A stretch of DNA of 24,000 bases from Martelella mangrovi (GCF_040545495.1 NZ_JBEPLY010000010.1:79982-103981), one strand, 5' to 3'; counted from the first letter of the stretch, positions 1 through 8,210 are shown. The notes: generated by a model from the letters alone, not told the origin. Numbers and translations are program-made.

Positions 1-2
1 TC

Positions 3-761
3 ACCACCGTCTCGGCCGATTATGATCTCAACAAGCAGGTCAGCCAGATCGACAATTTCATCGCCAAGGGCGTGGACATCATCATGCTGAACGCTGTTGA
101 CGACAAGGCGATTGCGCCCGCCGTCACACGTGCCAAGAATGCCGGCATCACCATTGCCGCCTTCGACGTGTCCGCGCCGGGCGCCGATGTGACGGTGATG
201 ACCGACAACATCGCCGCCGGTAAAAAGGCCTGCCAGTATATCGTCGATGCGCTGGGCGGGGAGGGCAATGTGGCCATCATCAAGGGGCCGTCTTCGTCAT
301 CCCTGAATGACCGCTACAATGGTTGCCTCGAAGTCTTCGAGGCCAATCCGGGTATCACAGTTCTGTCGAAGGATCAGAACGGTCTCGGCGCCCGCGAAGG
401 CGGCATGAATGTCATGCAGGGACTGCTCACCCGCTATTCCGATCTCGATGCGGTGTTCGGTGCCAACGATCCGATGGCGCTGGGCGCACAGCTCGCCGCC
501 AGGCAGCTTGGGCGTGACAACATCATCATTACCGGGGTCGATGGCGCACCGGATACGGAAAAATCGCTGAAATCCGGCAATTCCCTGATCAAGGCATCTG
601 CGTCTCAGGACCCCTATGTCATGGCCGGGCAGGCGCTTGATCTCGGCTACAAGTTCATGCAGGGCGAGGAAGAGGAAGGCACGACGGTTCTCATCGAACC
701 GAAGCTGATTACGGCCGACAATGTCGATGAATATCAGGGCTGGACGGCTGCACGCGACTAG
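3..761 (+). CDS. Sugar ABC transporter periplasmic substrate-binding protein (RbsB / PBP type-1 family), 5'-truncated by the window edge
   Basis: The frame stays open from base 3, upstream of the track's internal GTG at 72 (TTVSADYDLNKQVSQIDNFIAKGVDIIMLNAVD...). Motifs are typical of ribose/galactose-type binding proteins (ITIAAFD, VFGANDPMALGA, ITGVDGAPD). Stop TAG at 759-761. Confidence 0.85.
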   Translation, partial: TTVSADYDLNKQVSQIDNFIAKGVDIIMLNAVDDKAIAPAVTRAKNAGITIAAFDVSAPGADVTVMTDNIAAGKKACQYIVDALGGEGNVAIIKGPSSSSLNDRYNGCLEVFEANPGITVLSKDQNGLGAREGGMNVMQGLLTRYSDLDAVFGANDPMALGAQLAARQLGRDNIIITGVDGAPDTEKSLKSGNSLIKASASQDPYVMAGQALDLGYKFMQGEEEEGTTVLIEPKLITADNVDEYQGWTAARD

Positions 762-792
762 AACAGCCTGAACTGGGAAAGCAAAAGACGCC

Positions 793-840
793 GTCATACC
801 GATACCCGGCCAGGACCGGGACGGATATGACTGCTTTTCC
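793..840 (+). terminator. Candidate intrinsic terminator of the binding-protein gene
   Basis: Imperfect long hairpin GTCATAccgataCCCGGccaggaCCGGGacggaTATGAC (793-831) followed by TGCTTTTCC, about 30 nt after the stop codon. Confidence 0.4.
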
Positions 841-861
841 CGATGCGACCGGGCCTTGACC

Positions 862-878
862 TGTCCGGATTTCGGACA
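862..878. promoter_or_regulatory. 17-bp palindrome TGTCCG-N5-CGGACA (copy L), candidate regulator binding site
   Basis: Perfect 6-bp arms. The same 6-N5-6 palindrome recurs at 8075-8091 and a wider-spaced version at 6100-6124. It is followed at 887-904 by TGGCAAAGCACTGATTAT, which loosely resembles the box next to the other two copies. Confidence 0.35.
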
Positions 879-914
879 GATGAGACTGGCAAAGCACTGA
901 TTATGACAGACAAG

Positions 915-952
915 GACGCCGCACGGGTTCATGCGTGCGGCGTCTTCATTTC
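915..952. terminator. Hairpin between the convergent binding-protein gene and acxC, likely a bidirectional terminator
   Basis: Perfect 11-bp stem GACGCCGCACG / CGTGCGGCGTC (915-925 / 934-944) with an 8-nt loop. TTCATTTC follows on the plus strand. On the minus strand the hairpin starts 22 nt after the acxC stop. Confidence 0.5.
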
Positions 953-966
953 GGGCCGGTTTCCGG

Positions 967-1470
967 TCAGGCGGCGCGCTCGGGGATTTCGAGGCCCAGC
1001 CATTCGGTATAGAAGGCGTCGATGTCCGGTTCGAAGTCGTGGATCACCGGATACCATGGCGTCGGCGCTTCGACGTCGAGCAGGTCGCCCGAGATCGGGC
1101 AGTAATATTCCCGGATGACCTGCCAGTCGGAGGAGGGCGCCATCAGTTTGGGATAGATTTCCTCCATATCGGCTGCCGTTTCACGCACCCGCATCACGGC
1201 ATGAAGCTTCCAGTTTTCGCGCCAGTCGCAGAACTCGTGACCGGCATGGGATTTGACCACCCATTTCTTGTCCGAGGGGCGCTGGACGATATAGAGCTTC
1301 GGCCCCAGTGGCAGGATGATCCTGTCATCCCATGGCACCTGTTCCTGCAGGATTTCGATATATTTGACGAAGCGGTCCCCGTCCTTGGGCGTCGACAACA
1401 TCGTCTGGAGCGTATCGCGGTCGATCTTGCCGTCGACCAGGTCTTTGATCTTCGCTTTGGTGTAAGCCAT
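967..1470 (-). CDS. acxC: Acetone carboxylase gamma subunit
   Basis: 167 aa, the size of the Xanthobacter gamma subunit and the last gene after the alpha subunit. Carries Cys/His clusters (HEFCDW, YYCPISG). RBS AGGAGAAAG lies upstream of the ATG. Confidence 0.9.
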   Translation of the reverse strand: MAYTKAKIKDLVDGKIDRDTLQTMLSTPKDGDRFVKYIEILQEQVPWDDRIILPLGPKLYIVQRPSDKKWVVKSHAGHEFCDWRENWKLHAVMRVRETAADMEEIYPKLMAPSSDWQVIREYYCPISGDLLDVEAPTPWYPVIHDFEPDIDAFYTEWLGLEIPERAA

Positions 1471-1482
1471 TGTCTTTCTCCT

Positions 1483-1524
1483 AAATAAAAAGGGGTGCCG
1501 CGAAGACAGGCGGGGGCGGCACCC
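1483..1524 (-). terminator. Intra-operon stem-loop plus U-tract between acxB and acxC (attenuator or mRNA-stabilising hairpin)
   Basis: On the minus strand: GGGTGCCGC-14 nt-GCGGCACCC (perfect 9-bp stem, 1516-1524 / 1493-1501) followed directly by CTTTTTATTT, then the acxC RBS. Confidence 0.35.
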
Positions 1525-1531
1525 TGCGGGA

Positions 1532-3841
1532 TCATTCCTCGACGAACTGGACGGTTTTCACATCCGGCAGATCGGAAAGATCCATCGAATATTCGCGGCC
1601 ATAGGAGGGGATCGGCAGATCCGCTTCCTTGAGCTGCCAGGTGTCGGGCAGATCCCAGAACTTGCGGAAGCCCTGTTCCCATTTCGGGCCGAGCTTGAAG
1701 CTGGCGGCAAACATCTGCTGCACATGGGTGCCCGCATCCTTGGCCAGAATGCGTTCCCGCTCGCCTGCCATCCAGTCGCGGGTCGGCTTCGCCTTTGCCA
1801 GCCGATCCTTGCGGATCTTCGCACGCAGGCTTTCCGTTCCGGCCGCATCGGCGGCAAACAGGCCGTCGGCGCCCTTTGTCAGCACCACGCCATAGACGGT
1901 CTCGGCGAAGCGTTCGAGCAGATACCCGCCGTTGACGTCCTTGGCCACGGCCGCAGCGTCACGGTCGAGCGGATCGCCGAAGCCCGGCCCGCCACGCATA
2001 TAGTTGAGGTAGAGATCGTAATCCTTGAACATCTCCTCGGTGGTGATCGCCTGCTTGTCGCGCTTGATGCCGTCGGGATTGACGAGCGCGTCAAAGGTCG
2101 GGTGTTCCGGGTCGGTATCGCCGCCGAAGGGGATCGGGTCGCCATTGGCGATCTTTTCCTTCAGCCCGGTGTCGTGGGCTGCGAAGCGATAGCCGGATGC
2201 CGCCGGATAACCGCCCATCAGCCCCCAGTCGGAACTGATATGGCCGTTGCCCATGAAGAACATCGTCCAGTCCTTGGCGTTCCAGACCATGCGCAGCGAT
2301 TCAAAGCCGCAGCCGCCGCGATACTTGCCCGCGCCGCCCGAACTGGCCTTGACCTGGCGACCGAGATAGACCAGCGGTTCGGCCAGTTCCCAGATTTCCA
2401 TGTCGCCCATATCGCCTTCCGGGTTCCAGATGGCGGCGGCATGGCTGATGCCGTCGGCAACCGCCGATGCGCCAACGCCGTTGGCCGCGCATTCGAACGA
2501 GTTCACCGCATGAATTTCGTCATACTGGTTGAACCCGCCGCCCTGCAGCCAGTTCGAGGTGTTGGCGTTGCCGGCATTGACCTCTTCGAGATAGCCACGG
2601 CCGAAATAGCTGCGCGACAGGCCGCGCCACAGCGCCGTCCATGAACTGACGAGGAAATGCCAGCTATAGGCGAAGGCCACGCGCCGGTCGTCCGGGTTCA
2701 TCCATGTGCCCTTCGGCAGGCGGAACTCGGTTCCGTAGGCCGCACCGTCATTGATCATCTCGGTCGGGATCAGCGTTTGCGTCATCATCACCCAGATGCC
2801 GGAGGTAAACGACACCGAATGAGCGTTATACGTATGCCAGCCCCATCGGCTCGAGCCCTCGAAATCGAGTCGCCATGTGCCGTCGGGCCGGATCGTCATT
2901 TCCGATGGCGTATGCATGATCGTGTCGACCTTGGCGAAGTCCGACGGCACCCGCACATCCTCATGCGCATAGGGCACGTCGACAAAGCCGACCTGGCGAT
3001 AGACGCCGGGAATGGTCATCGCCTTGATGCGGTTTTGCAGGCCGACCCGGCCATGTTCGACCGCCTCATAGGCGAATTTCCAGTAGGACTCGATGCCTTC
3101 CTCGGCGATCACTTCCTCGACCAGCTTGCGGATCATGTGGCAACCGGCAACGCGGGTGCGTTCATCCAGCATCCAGTAGCGCGTGGTGCGCACCGCGCGC
3201 TGGCTTTCATGCAGCCAGTCGCGTTTCAGCTCGTCGTTTTCGCCGATCTTGCGGCAGGTGACGGAATAGCCGTCGCCGAAGCGCTGCACCTGTCCGGTGG
3301 TCATCGAACCCGGGCCGACAGCGCCGGTATCGATGACGTGGGTGACGCCGCCGACCCATCCGATCAGCTCGCCCTCATGGAAAATCGGGACGATGGTATG
3401 GATATCGCAGGGGTGCACGTTTCCGATCAGGGAATCGTTGTTGCAGAAGATATCCTTGTCGTTGATGCCGGGATTACCCTCCCAGTCATTCTCGATCATG
3501 TATTTGATCGCCGCACCCATGGTGCCGACATGGATGATGATCCCCGTCGAGGTCAGAATGCTGTCGCCGGCGGCATTGTAGAGGGTGAAGCACAGTTCGC
3601 CCTCCTGTTCCACGATCGGCGAGGCGGCGATCTTCTTGGCGGTTTCGCGGGCATCGACAACACCGGCGCGCAGGCGCGAGAACAGCTTGTTGTAGAGGAT
3701 CGGGCTTTCCTTGTGCAGTTCCCTTTCCTTCAGTCCGGCATAATGGCCGCTGGCCTTGGTCTTGGCCATGATTTCGTCGCGGTGCTGTTTCAGCGTCTGT
3801 CCGCCGCGAACGATGCCTTTGATTTTGCTTTGCATATTCAT
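1532..3841 (-). CDS. acxB: Acetone carboxylase alpha subunit (hydantoinase B / oxoprolinase family)
   Basis: 769 aa with hydantoinase_B-type sequence throughout. Positioned between the hydantoinase_A-type beta subunit and the gamma subunit. RBS GGGAGGAG lies 7 nt upstream of the ATG. Confidence 0.93.
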   Translation of the reverse strand: MNMQSKIKGIVRGGQTLKQHRDEIMAKTKASGHYAGLKERELHKESPILYNKLFSRLRAGVVDARETAKKIAASPIVEQEGELCFTLYNAAGDSILTSTGIIIHVGTMGAAIKYMIENDWEGNPGINDKDIFCNNDSLIGNVHPCDIHTIVPIFHEGELIGWVGGVTHVIDTGAVGPGSMTTGQVQRFGDGYSVTCRKIGENDELKRDWLHESQRAVRTTRYWMLDERTRVAGCHMIRKLVEEVIAEEGIESYWKFAYEAVEHGRVGLQNRIKAMTIPGVYRQVGFVDVPYAHEDVRVPSDFAKVDTIMHTPSEMTIRPDGTWRLDFEGSSRWGWHTYNAHSVSFTSGIWVMMTQTLIPTEMINDGAAYGTEFRLPKGTWMNPDDRRVAFAYSWHFLVSSWTALWRGLSRSYFGRGYLEEVNAGNANTSNWLQGGGFNQYDEIHAVNSFECAANGVGASAVADGISHAAAIWNPEGDMGDMEIWELAEPLVYLGRQVKASSGGAGKYRGGCGFESLRMVWNAKDWTMFFMGNGHISSDWGLMGGYPAASGYRFAAHDTGLKEKIANGDPIPFGGDTDPEHPTFDALVNPDGIKRDKQAITTEEMFKDYDLYLNYMRGGPGFGDPLDRDAAAVAKDVNGGYLLERFAETVYGVVLTKGADGLFAADAAGTESLRAKIRKDRLAKAKPTRDWMAGERERILAKDAGTHVQQMFAASFKLGPKWEQGFRKFWDLPDTWQLKEADLPIPSYGREYSMDLSDLPDVKTVQFVEE

Positions 3842-3863
3842 TGTAAATCTCCTCCCTTGGCTG

Positions 3864-6017
3864 TCACACTTCTTTCAGGTGAAACAACCGATGGCCGTCG
3901 AGCCAGGTTTCGAAACCGTCCGGAACGACAAAGGTCGTGGCGTCGGATTCGATGATGGCGGGACCGGTGACATGATTGCCGGGCGTCAGGCGCTCCATCT
4001 GATAGAGCTGTGCATCGACCCATTTGCCCTTGCGGTAGAATTTGCGGGTGCCCAGCATGGCCTCCTTCGCAGGCGTCGGGCTGCCTTCTTCTTCCTTGGG
4101 GATGTTGGGTTTGGGGATCGGAACCGTGCCGCGCATGATTGCCCCGGTGATGGAGTAACCCAGTTCCGGCGAGCGGGCCGAAGCCGCATAGACCCGGCCA
4201 TAGGTGTCGTTGAAGACGTCGACAAGCTTGTCCCAGTCGGCCGCGGTCGTGGCCGTATTGATCGGGCTTTCGATCTCCAGATCGTTGAGCTGGCCGCGAT
4301 ACTGCATCCTGAAACCGGGCTGCAACTGCACCTGATCACGCGAATAGCCGTTCAGTTCGAACTCCTCGAGCACGCGTTCGGCCAGCTCGTGCCAGGCATC
4401 GTTAAGCGTTCTGGCTTCGATTGCCTTGGCCTCGTCGTGGGCATTCTCGGCAATGTTGACGTCGAGCGACTTGTCGTAGCGGTATTCGAAATCCGCCGCG
4501 GCGCAGCCGAAGGCCGAAAAGCCCGCTGCCCAGGCCGGAACGATTACATCCTCGAAGCCCAGCCCCTCGGTATAACCATAGGTGTGGACCGGGCCCGCAC
4601 CGCCATAGCTGAAGCAGGTGAAGGAGGACGGCGAATAACCCTTGCCCGAAATCATCGAGCGCAGGTAGTCGCGAAGATCGCTGTCCAGAAGTTCGATGAC
4701 GCCGGCTGCCGCTTCTTCGACGCTCAGGCCGAGCGGATCGGCGATCTGCTCTTTCATTGCGTCATAGGCGCGCTGCCGGTCGAGCTTGACCTGACCGCCA
4801 AGGAAATTATCGGGGTTCAGATAGCCGAGAATGACGTGGCAGTCGGAAATCGTCACCGTGTCGATGCCCGACTCCGCCCAGCAGACGCCGACGCGGTAAC
4901 CCGCCGAATCCGGCCCCAGCTTGATCGCCTTGGTATAGGGGTCGAGCCGGATGAAGGAGCCGGCGCCGGCGCCGACGGAATCCAGCCCGACCAGCGGCAG
5001 CGACAGCACAAGGCGGGCCATGTCCGGGTCGTTCTGGATGGTCAGTTCGCCCTGCGTGATCAGCGCAACGTCGAAGGAGGTTCCGCCGATATCGGAGCAG
5101 GCGATGTTCTTGTAACCCAGAACCTCGCCGAGATATTTCGCGCCGATCACGCCGCCGATGGGACCGGAGACGATGGTGCGCGCCAGTTCCTTGGCCTTCC
5201 ACGAAATCGTGCCGCCATGGGTGGCCATCACCCGGAAATCGAATCTCGAGCCGTTATCCTTGAATTCCGTCGAAATCCTGCGGAGCGTCTGGCGCGACGG
5301 TTCGGCGGCGAAGGCTTCCAGGATCGTGGTATTGGTGCGGTGGGTTTCCTTGCGCACCGGATAATAATCGGTCGAGGCGAAAACCGGGATGGTCTTGCCC
5401 GCCTTTTCGACCTCCTCGGCCACGATGTCGCGGACCCGGCGTTCATGTCCGGGGTTCCTGTAGCTGTGCAGCAGCGAAATCACGATGCCTTCGACATCCT
5501 GCGCGATGAGTTCCTTCGCCGCCTGTCGCGCGGTTTCCTCACGCAGCGGAATAACCACATCGCCGAACATATCGACGCGCTCCATCACGCCGCGCGTCAG
5601 CTGACGCGGCACCAGCGGTTCGTCGTAATAATGGGTGTTGAGATGGATGCGGTCTTCATAGGCCATGCCCAGATAGGCCTGGCAGCCGCGGCCCATGCGG
5701 TGAAAATCCTCCATGCCCGCATTGACGATCAGGCCGGTCTTCAGGCCCTTGCGCTGGACCACGCGGTTCAGCATCGCCGTGCCGGAATAGACGCCGGTCT
5801 GGATCGAGCCGAGCGCATCCTCAAGCGACAGGCCCCAGTGCTCCAGTCCTTCACGGCTGGATTCGAGCAGGCCGCGCGCTTCGTTATCGGGCGTCGACTG
5901 CGCCTTGCCGACAACGAAATCCCCGTCTGCATCGACGAAGAATGTGTCGGTCATCGTTCCGCCCGCATCGATGCCAAGCACCTGCACGGAACGGCTGTTT
6001 TTCTCCATTATCGTCAC
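3864..6017 (-). CDS. acxA: Acetone carboxylase beta subunit (hydantoinase A family, ATP-binding)
   Basis: 717 aa. N-terminal LGIDAGGTMTD actin-fold ATPase motif typical of hydantoinase A/AcxA. GTG start preceded by GGGAGGAG at a 6-nt spacing. Confidence 0.93.
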   Translation of the reverse strand: MTIMEKNSRSVQVLGIDAGGTMTDTFFVDADGDFVVGKAQSTPDNEARGLLESSREGLEHWGLSLEDALGSIQTGVYSGTAMLNRVVQRKGLKTGLIVNAGMEDFHRMGRGCQAYLGMAYEDRIHLNTHYYDEPLVPRQLTRGVMERVDMFGDVVIPLREETARQAAKELIAQDVEGIVISLLHSYRNPGHERRVRDIVAEEVEKAGKTIPVFASTDYYPVRKETHRTNTTILEAFAAEPSRQTLRRISTEFKDNGSRFDFRVMATHGGTISWKAKELARTIVSGPIGGVIGAKYLGEVLGYKNIACSDIGGTSFDVALITQGELTIQNDPDMARLVLSLPLVGLDSVGAGAGSFIRLDPYTKAIKLGPDSAGYRVGVCWAESGIDTVTISDCHVILGYLNPDNFLGGQVKLDRQRAYDAMKEQIADPLGLSVEEAAAGVIELLDSDLRDYLRSMISGKGYSPSSFTCFSYGGAGPVHTYGYTEGLGFEDVIVPAWAAGFSAFGCAAADFEYRYDKSLDVNIAENAHDEAKAIEARTLNDAWHELAERVLEEFELNGYSRDQVQLQPGFRMQYRGQLNDLEIESPINTATTAADWDKLVDVFNDTYGRVYAASARSPELGYSITGAIMRGTVPIPKPNIPKEEEGSPTPAKEAMLGTRKFYRKGKWVDAQLYQMERLTPGNHVTGPAIIESDATTFVVPDGFETWLDGHRLFHLKEV

Positions 6018-6099
6018 GAAAAACTCCTCCCATTGTTCCGGCCATCCCGAGACGGGAAGGCCACAAACAGGAGGATGTATCTTTTGCCAAAACAGAAAG

Positions 6100-6124
6100 T
6101 GTCCGGTTTTCAGCCATCCGGACA
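6100..6124. promoter_or_regulatory. Palindrome TGTCCGG-N11-CCGGACA (copy M) in the acxR-acxA spacer; operator and/or acxR terminator stem
   Basis: Perfect 7-bp arms. On the minus strand it is followed by CTTTCTGTTTT (terminator-like) and then by the box TTTGGCAAAAGATACAT (6091-6075), about 55 nt upstream of the acxA start. Confidence 0.35.
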
Positions 6125-6144
6125 GACAGGTTTCGGACGCCCGG

Positions 6145-7947
6145 TCAGGTCTTTCGCCGGGTCTCTATCCCGTAGCTGTCAAGCTTGAGGTAAAGCGTGG
6201 AGCGGGCAATGCCGAGGCGTTTCGCCACCCGCGAAAGATTGCCGTCTTCGGCCTCGAGGGCATCGAGAATGCCGGCTCGCTCGACGTCGCGCAGGGTGTC
6301 GCTTCCGTTGCGCCGCGCCGGCTGCCGGAATTCGCGCGGCAATATGCGCTCGTCGATCAGGCCGGTGGGCGACAAGGCATCGAGGGCGGCGACAAGATTG
6401 CGCATTTCAAGCAGGTTGCCCGGCCAGGCATAGTTTTTCAAAACGCCCACCGCGCCTGGCGAAAACCGTAATTCCCGCCGGCCTGTTTCGGCGGCATGGC
6501 TCTGGACGAGCTGACGCAGGAGCGGCGCGATTTCCCCGGCGCGCTCCCGCAACGGCGTGATCTCAAGCCGCGCGCCCGCGATCCGGTAATAGAGATCGCC
6601 GCGGAAATTGTTCCCGCGCATCTCCTCATAAAGAGAGCGTGCCGAAAGCGCGATGATCCGGCCGCCCTGTTCCATGAACTGTTCGACCAGAGTGAGCAGC
6701 AGTTTCTGTATGGATGCCGGAACGGCGCCGGGACTGTTGAGACATAGCGTGCCTTTCCCGATGCATTGGTGATCCGAAGCGAAGCAATTGCGCAGGGTTT
6801 CCTCGGTCAGTTGCGCGCAGTCGAGCATTTCGAACGGTTCGTCAGACTGTTTGCTGGCGTTATGAATGGCTCTCGCCAGAAAGGACTTTCCGGTCCCGGT
6901 TTCGCCTTCGATCAGGATCGAAATTCCGGTTTCTGCAAGCCGCCGGGCCTGAGCGCAAAGCGCGGCCGAGGCTTCTCCCGCACTGGCGATCTGCTCCAGC
7001 TCCGTTGCGGTCGATCTGTCCGTCTGGGCGCGCAGCCGCGACCGTCTGAGGGCGATCAGGATGCCGATCGGCTCATCCCGGTCGCTGATCACCTCGAAAT
7101 CGGTGCTCTTCAGGCAATCGGCCAGAACCTCGCCGATCTGCTCGGCCGGCTGGTCGATCAGTGCCGGAAGCCGTCTTCGCAATTGTTCGAGATCGATGTC
7201 GTCATCGTAAAACCGTGCAAAATTCTCGGTCGAAAAAACATTGGCGCCGCTGCGATCCATGATCAGCATCGGCCCGCTGCCGCGGCGCAAACGCCGGATG
7301 TGGGACTGTTCCAGAAGGATTTCCCGTTCATGGCCGAGCATGTGGGTCAGCTCGGTCTCCATCTGCAGTGCCAGGGCGGATGAAAGCGCGACGGCATTGG
7401 GCTGCTGAATGCCGCCGGGCCAGGAAATATCGACCACGCCGAGGATACGGCCGGTGCCCGGATCGGTAATCGGCGTTGCGGCACAGTTCCAGCGCTGGAT
7501 GGCCTCGCAGAAATGCTCCGCATCCTGAATGAGCGTGGGTGCTCCCAGATGCAGCGCCGTGCCGATGGCATTGGTGCCGATCGCTTCCTCGATCCAGTGG
7601 CCGCCGGTATGCAGATGATTTTCCTCGGCCTGAGACAGCGTATGAGGATCGCCGACGGTGTCGATAACCACGCCGGCATCATCGCTGAGCAGCAGGATGT
7701 CGCGTGTTCCGATCAGCAGATTGCCGGCCCGGTTCAGCGCGCTGCGCGCGGCGCGGCCGAGCCGGCGCGCCTGGACCCGGCGGCCTTCCAGCTCATCATC
7801 GTTGACGACGGGCGCGCGCGTGCGTCCGGCAACCGAATGCTTGGCCGAACGTTGCCAGCTGGCCAGGATGTCATGGTTCAGGCCGGTGGGCACACGCCCC
7901 ACGGCCATGAAGTCTTCCCATTCTTTTTTTCTTACCATGCGCTCCAT
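6145..7947 (-). CDS. acxR: AcoR/AcxR-type transcriptional activator (N-terminal GAF-like sensor, degenerate AAA+ EBP core, C-terminal Fis-type HTH)
   Basis: AcoR-type GAF region (GTNAIGTAL...EHF...WNCAATPI...GVVDIS), Walker A GETGTGKS, FRGDLYYRI, WPGN, and HTH LSRVAKRLGIARSTLYLKL. Start chosen at ATG 7947 (MERMVRKK) because GGGAGGAG lies just upstream; the ORF stays open to 8025. No GAFTGA motif occurs anywhere in the protein. Confidence 0.85.
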   Translation of the reverse strand: MERMVRKKEWEDFMAVGRVPTGLNHDILASWQRSAKHSVAGRTRAPVVNDDELEGRRVQARRLGRAARSALNRAGNLLIGTRDILLLSDDAGVVIDTVGDPHTLSQAEENHLHTGGHWIEEAIGTNAIGTALHLGAPTLIQDAEHFCEAIQRWNCAATPITDPGTGRILGVVDISWPGGIQQPNAVALSSALALQMETELTHMLGHEREILLEQSHIRRLRRGSGPMLIMDRSGANVFSTENFARFYDDDIDLEQLRRRLPALIDQPAEQIGEVLADCLKSTDFEVISDRDEPIGILIALRRSRLRAQTDRSTATELEQIASAGEASAALCAQARRLAETGISILIEGETGTGKSFLARAIHNASKQSDEPFEMLDCAQLTEETLRNCFASDHQCIGKGTLCLNSPGAVPASIQKLLLTLVEQFMEQGGRIIALSARSLYEEMRGNNFRGDLYYRIAGARLEITPLRERAGEIAPLLRQLVQSHAAETGRRELRFSPGAVGVLKNYAWPGNLLEMRNLVAALDALSPTGLIDERILPREFRQPARRNGSDTLRDVERAGILDALEAEDGNLSRVAKRLGIARSTLYLKLDSYGIETRRKT

Positions 7948-8048
7948 CTTCTCCTCCCGAAAAGACAGGTCGCCAGAGATCTTCACCGGCGGGGGTCGCG
8001 TGCTCCGATCTTGGCTCCTCCACAAGACAACGAGAACGGATTGCGCGA

Positions 8049-8091
8049 ATGTATCAATTGGCAGACTACTTTATTGTCCGATTTTCGGACA
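8049..8091 (-). promoter_or_regulatory. acxR upstream module: palindrome TGTCCG-N5-CGGACA (copy R, 8075-8091) plus box CTGCCAATTGATACAT (8064-8049)
   Basis: Perfect 6-bp arms, the same geometry as copy L. The box matches the one upstream of acxA at 13 of 17 positions, including an identical GATACAT. Located about 100 nt upstream of the acxR start with an A/T-tract-rich stretch (8092-8118) on the distal side. Confidence 0.4.
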
Positions 8092-8210
8092 GTTTTTTGT
8101 CTTTTTTCAATTTTTGATCCGGCGCGACCAGCGAACCCCGACATCTGATGGCGGGCTTTTCTTGAAACCCGCCGTCAGTTTGCTGACAAAGCTACCCCTC
8201 ACTCCGGGGC

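Noticed and set aside
843-1488. Plus-strand ORFs 843-1118 and 931-1488
   Set aside because: They are antisense to acxC and span the terminator hairpin. The composition is low-complexity and Arg-rich, and there is no RBS.
6075-6091. TGGCA (minus strand, 6089-6085) as the -24 element of a sigma-54 promoter for acxA
   Set aside because: Ten nucleotides after the GG comes AT, not GC. The equivalent box upstream of acxR has GC instead of GG, and the cognate activator lacks GAFTGA. It is kept only as part of the conserved box.
2657-6188. Long plus-strand ORFs 2657-3955 (432 aa) and 3756-6188 (810 aa)
   Set aside because: They lie exactly antisense to acxB and acxA. Their translations are Arg/Ala/Gly/Asp-rich with no recognisable domains and no RBS. 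These are typical shadow ORFs of GC-rich coding DNA.
7948-8025. Upstream ATG at 8025 as the acxR start
   Set aside because: The added 26 residues (MWRSQDRSTRPPPVKISGDLSFREEK) are not domain-like, and the strong RBS GGGAGGAG lies inside them, just before the ATG at 7947. This is not excluded experimentally.
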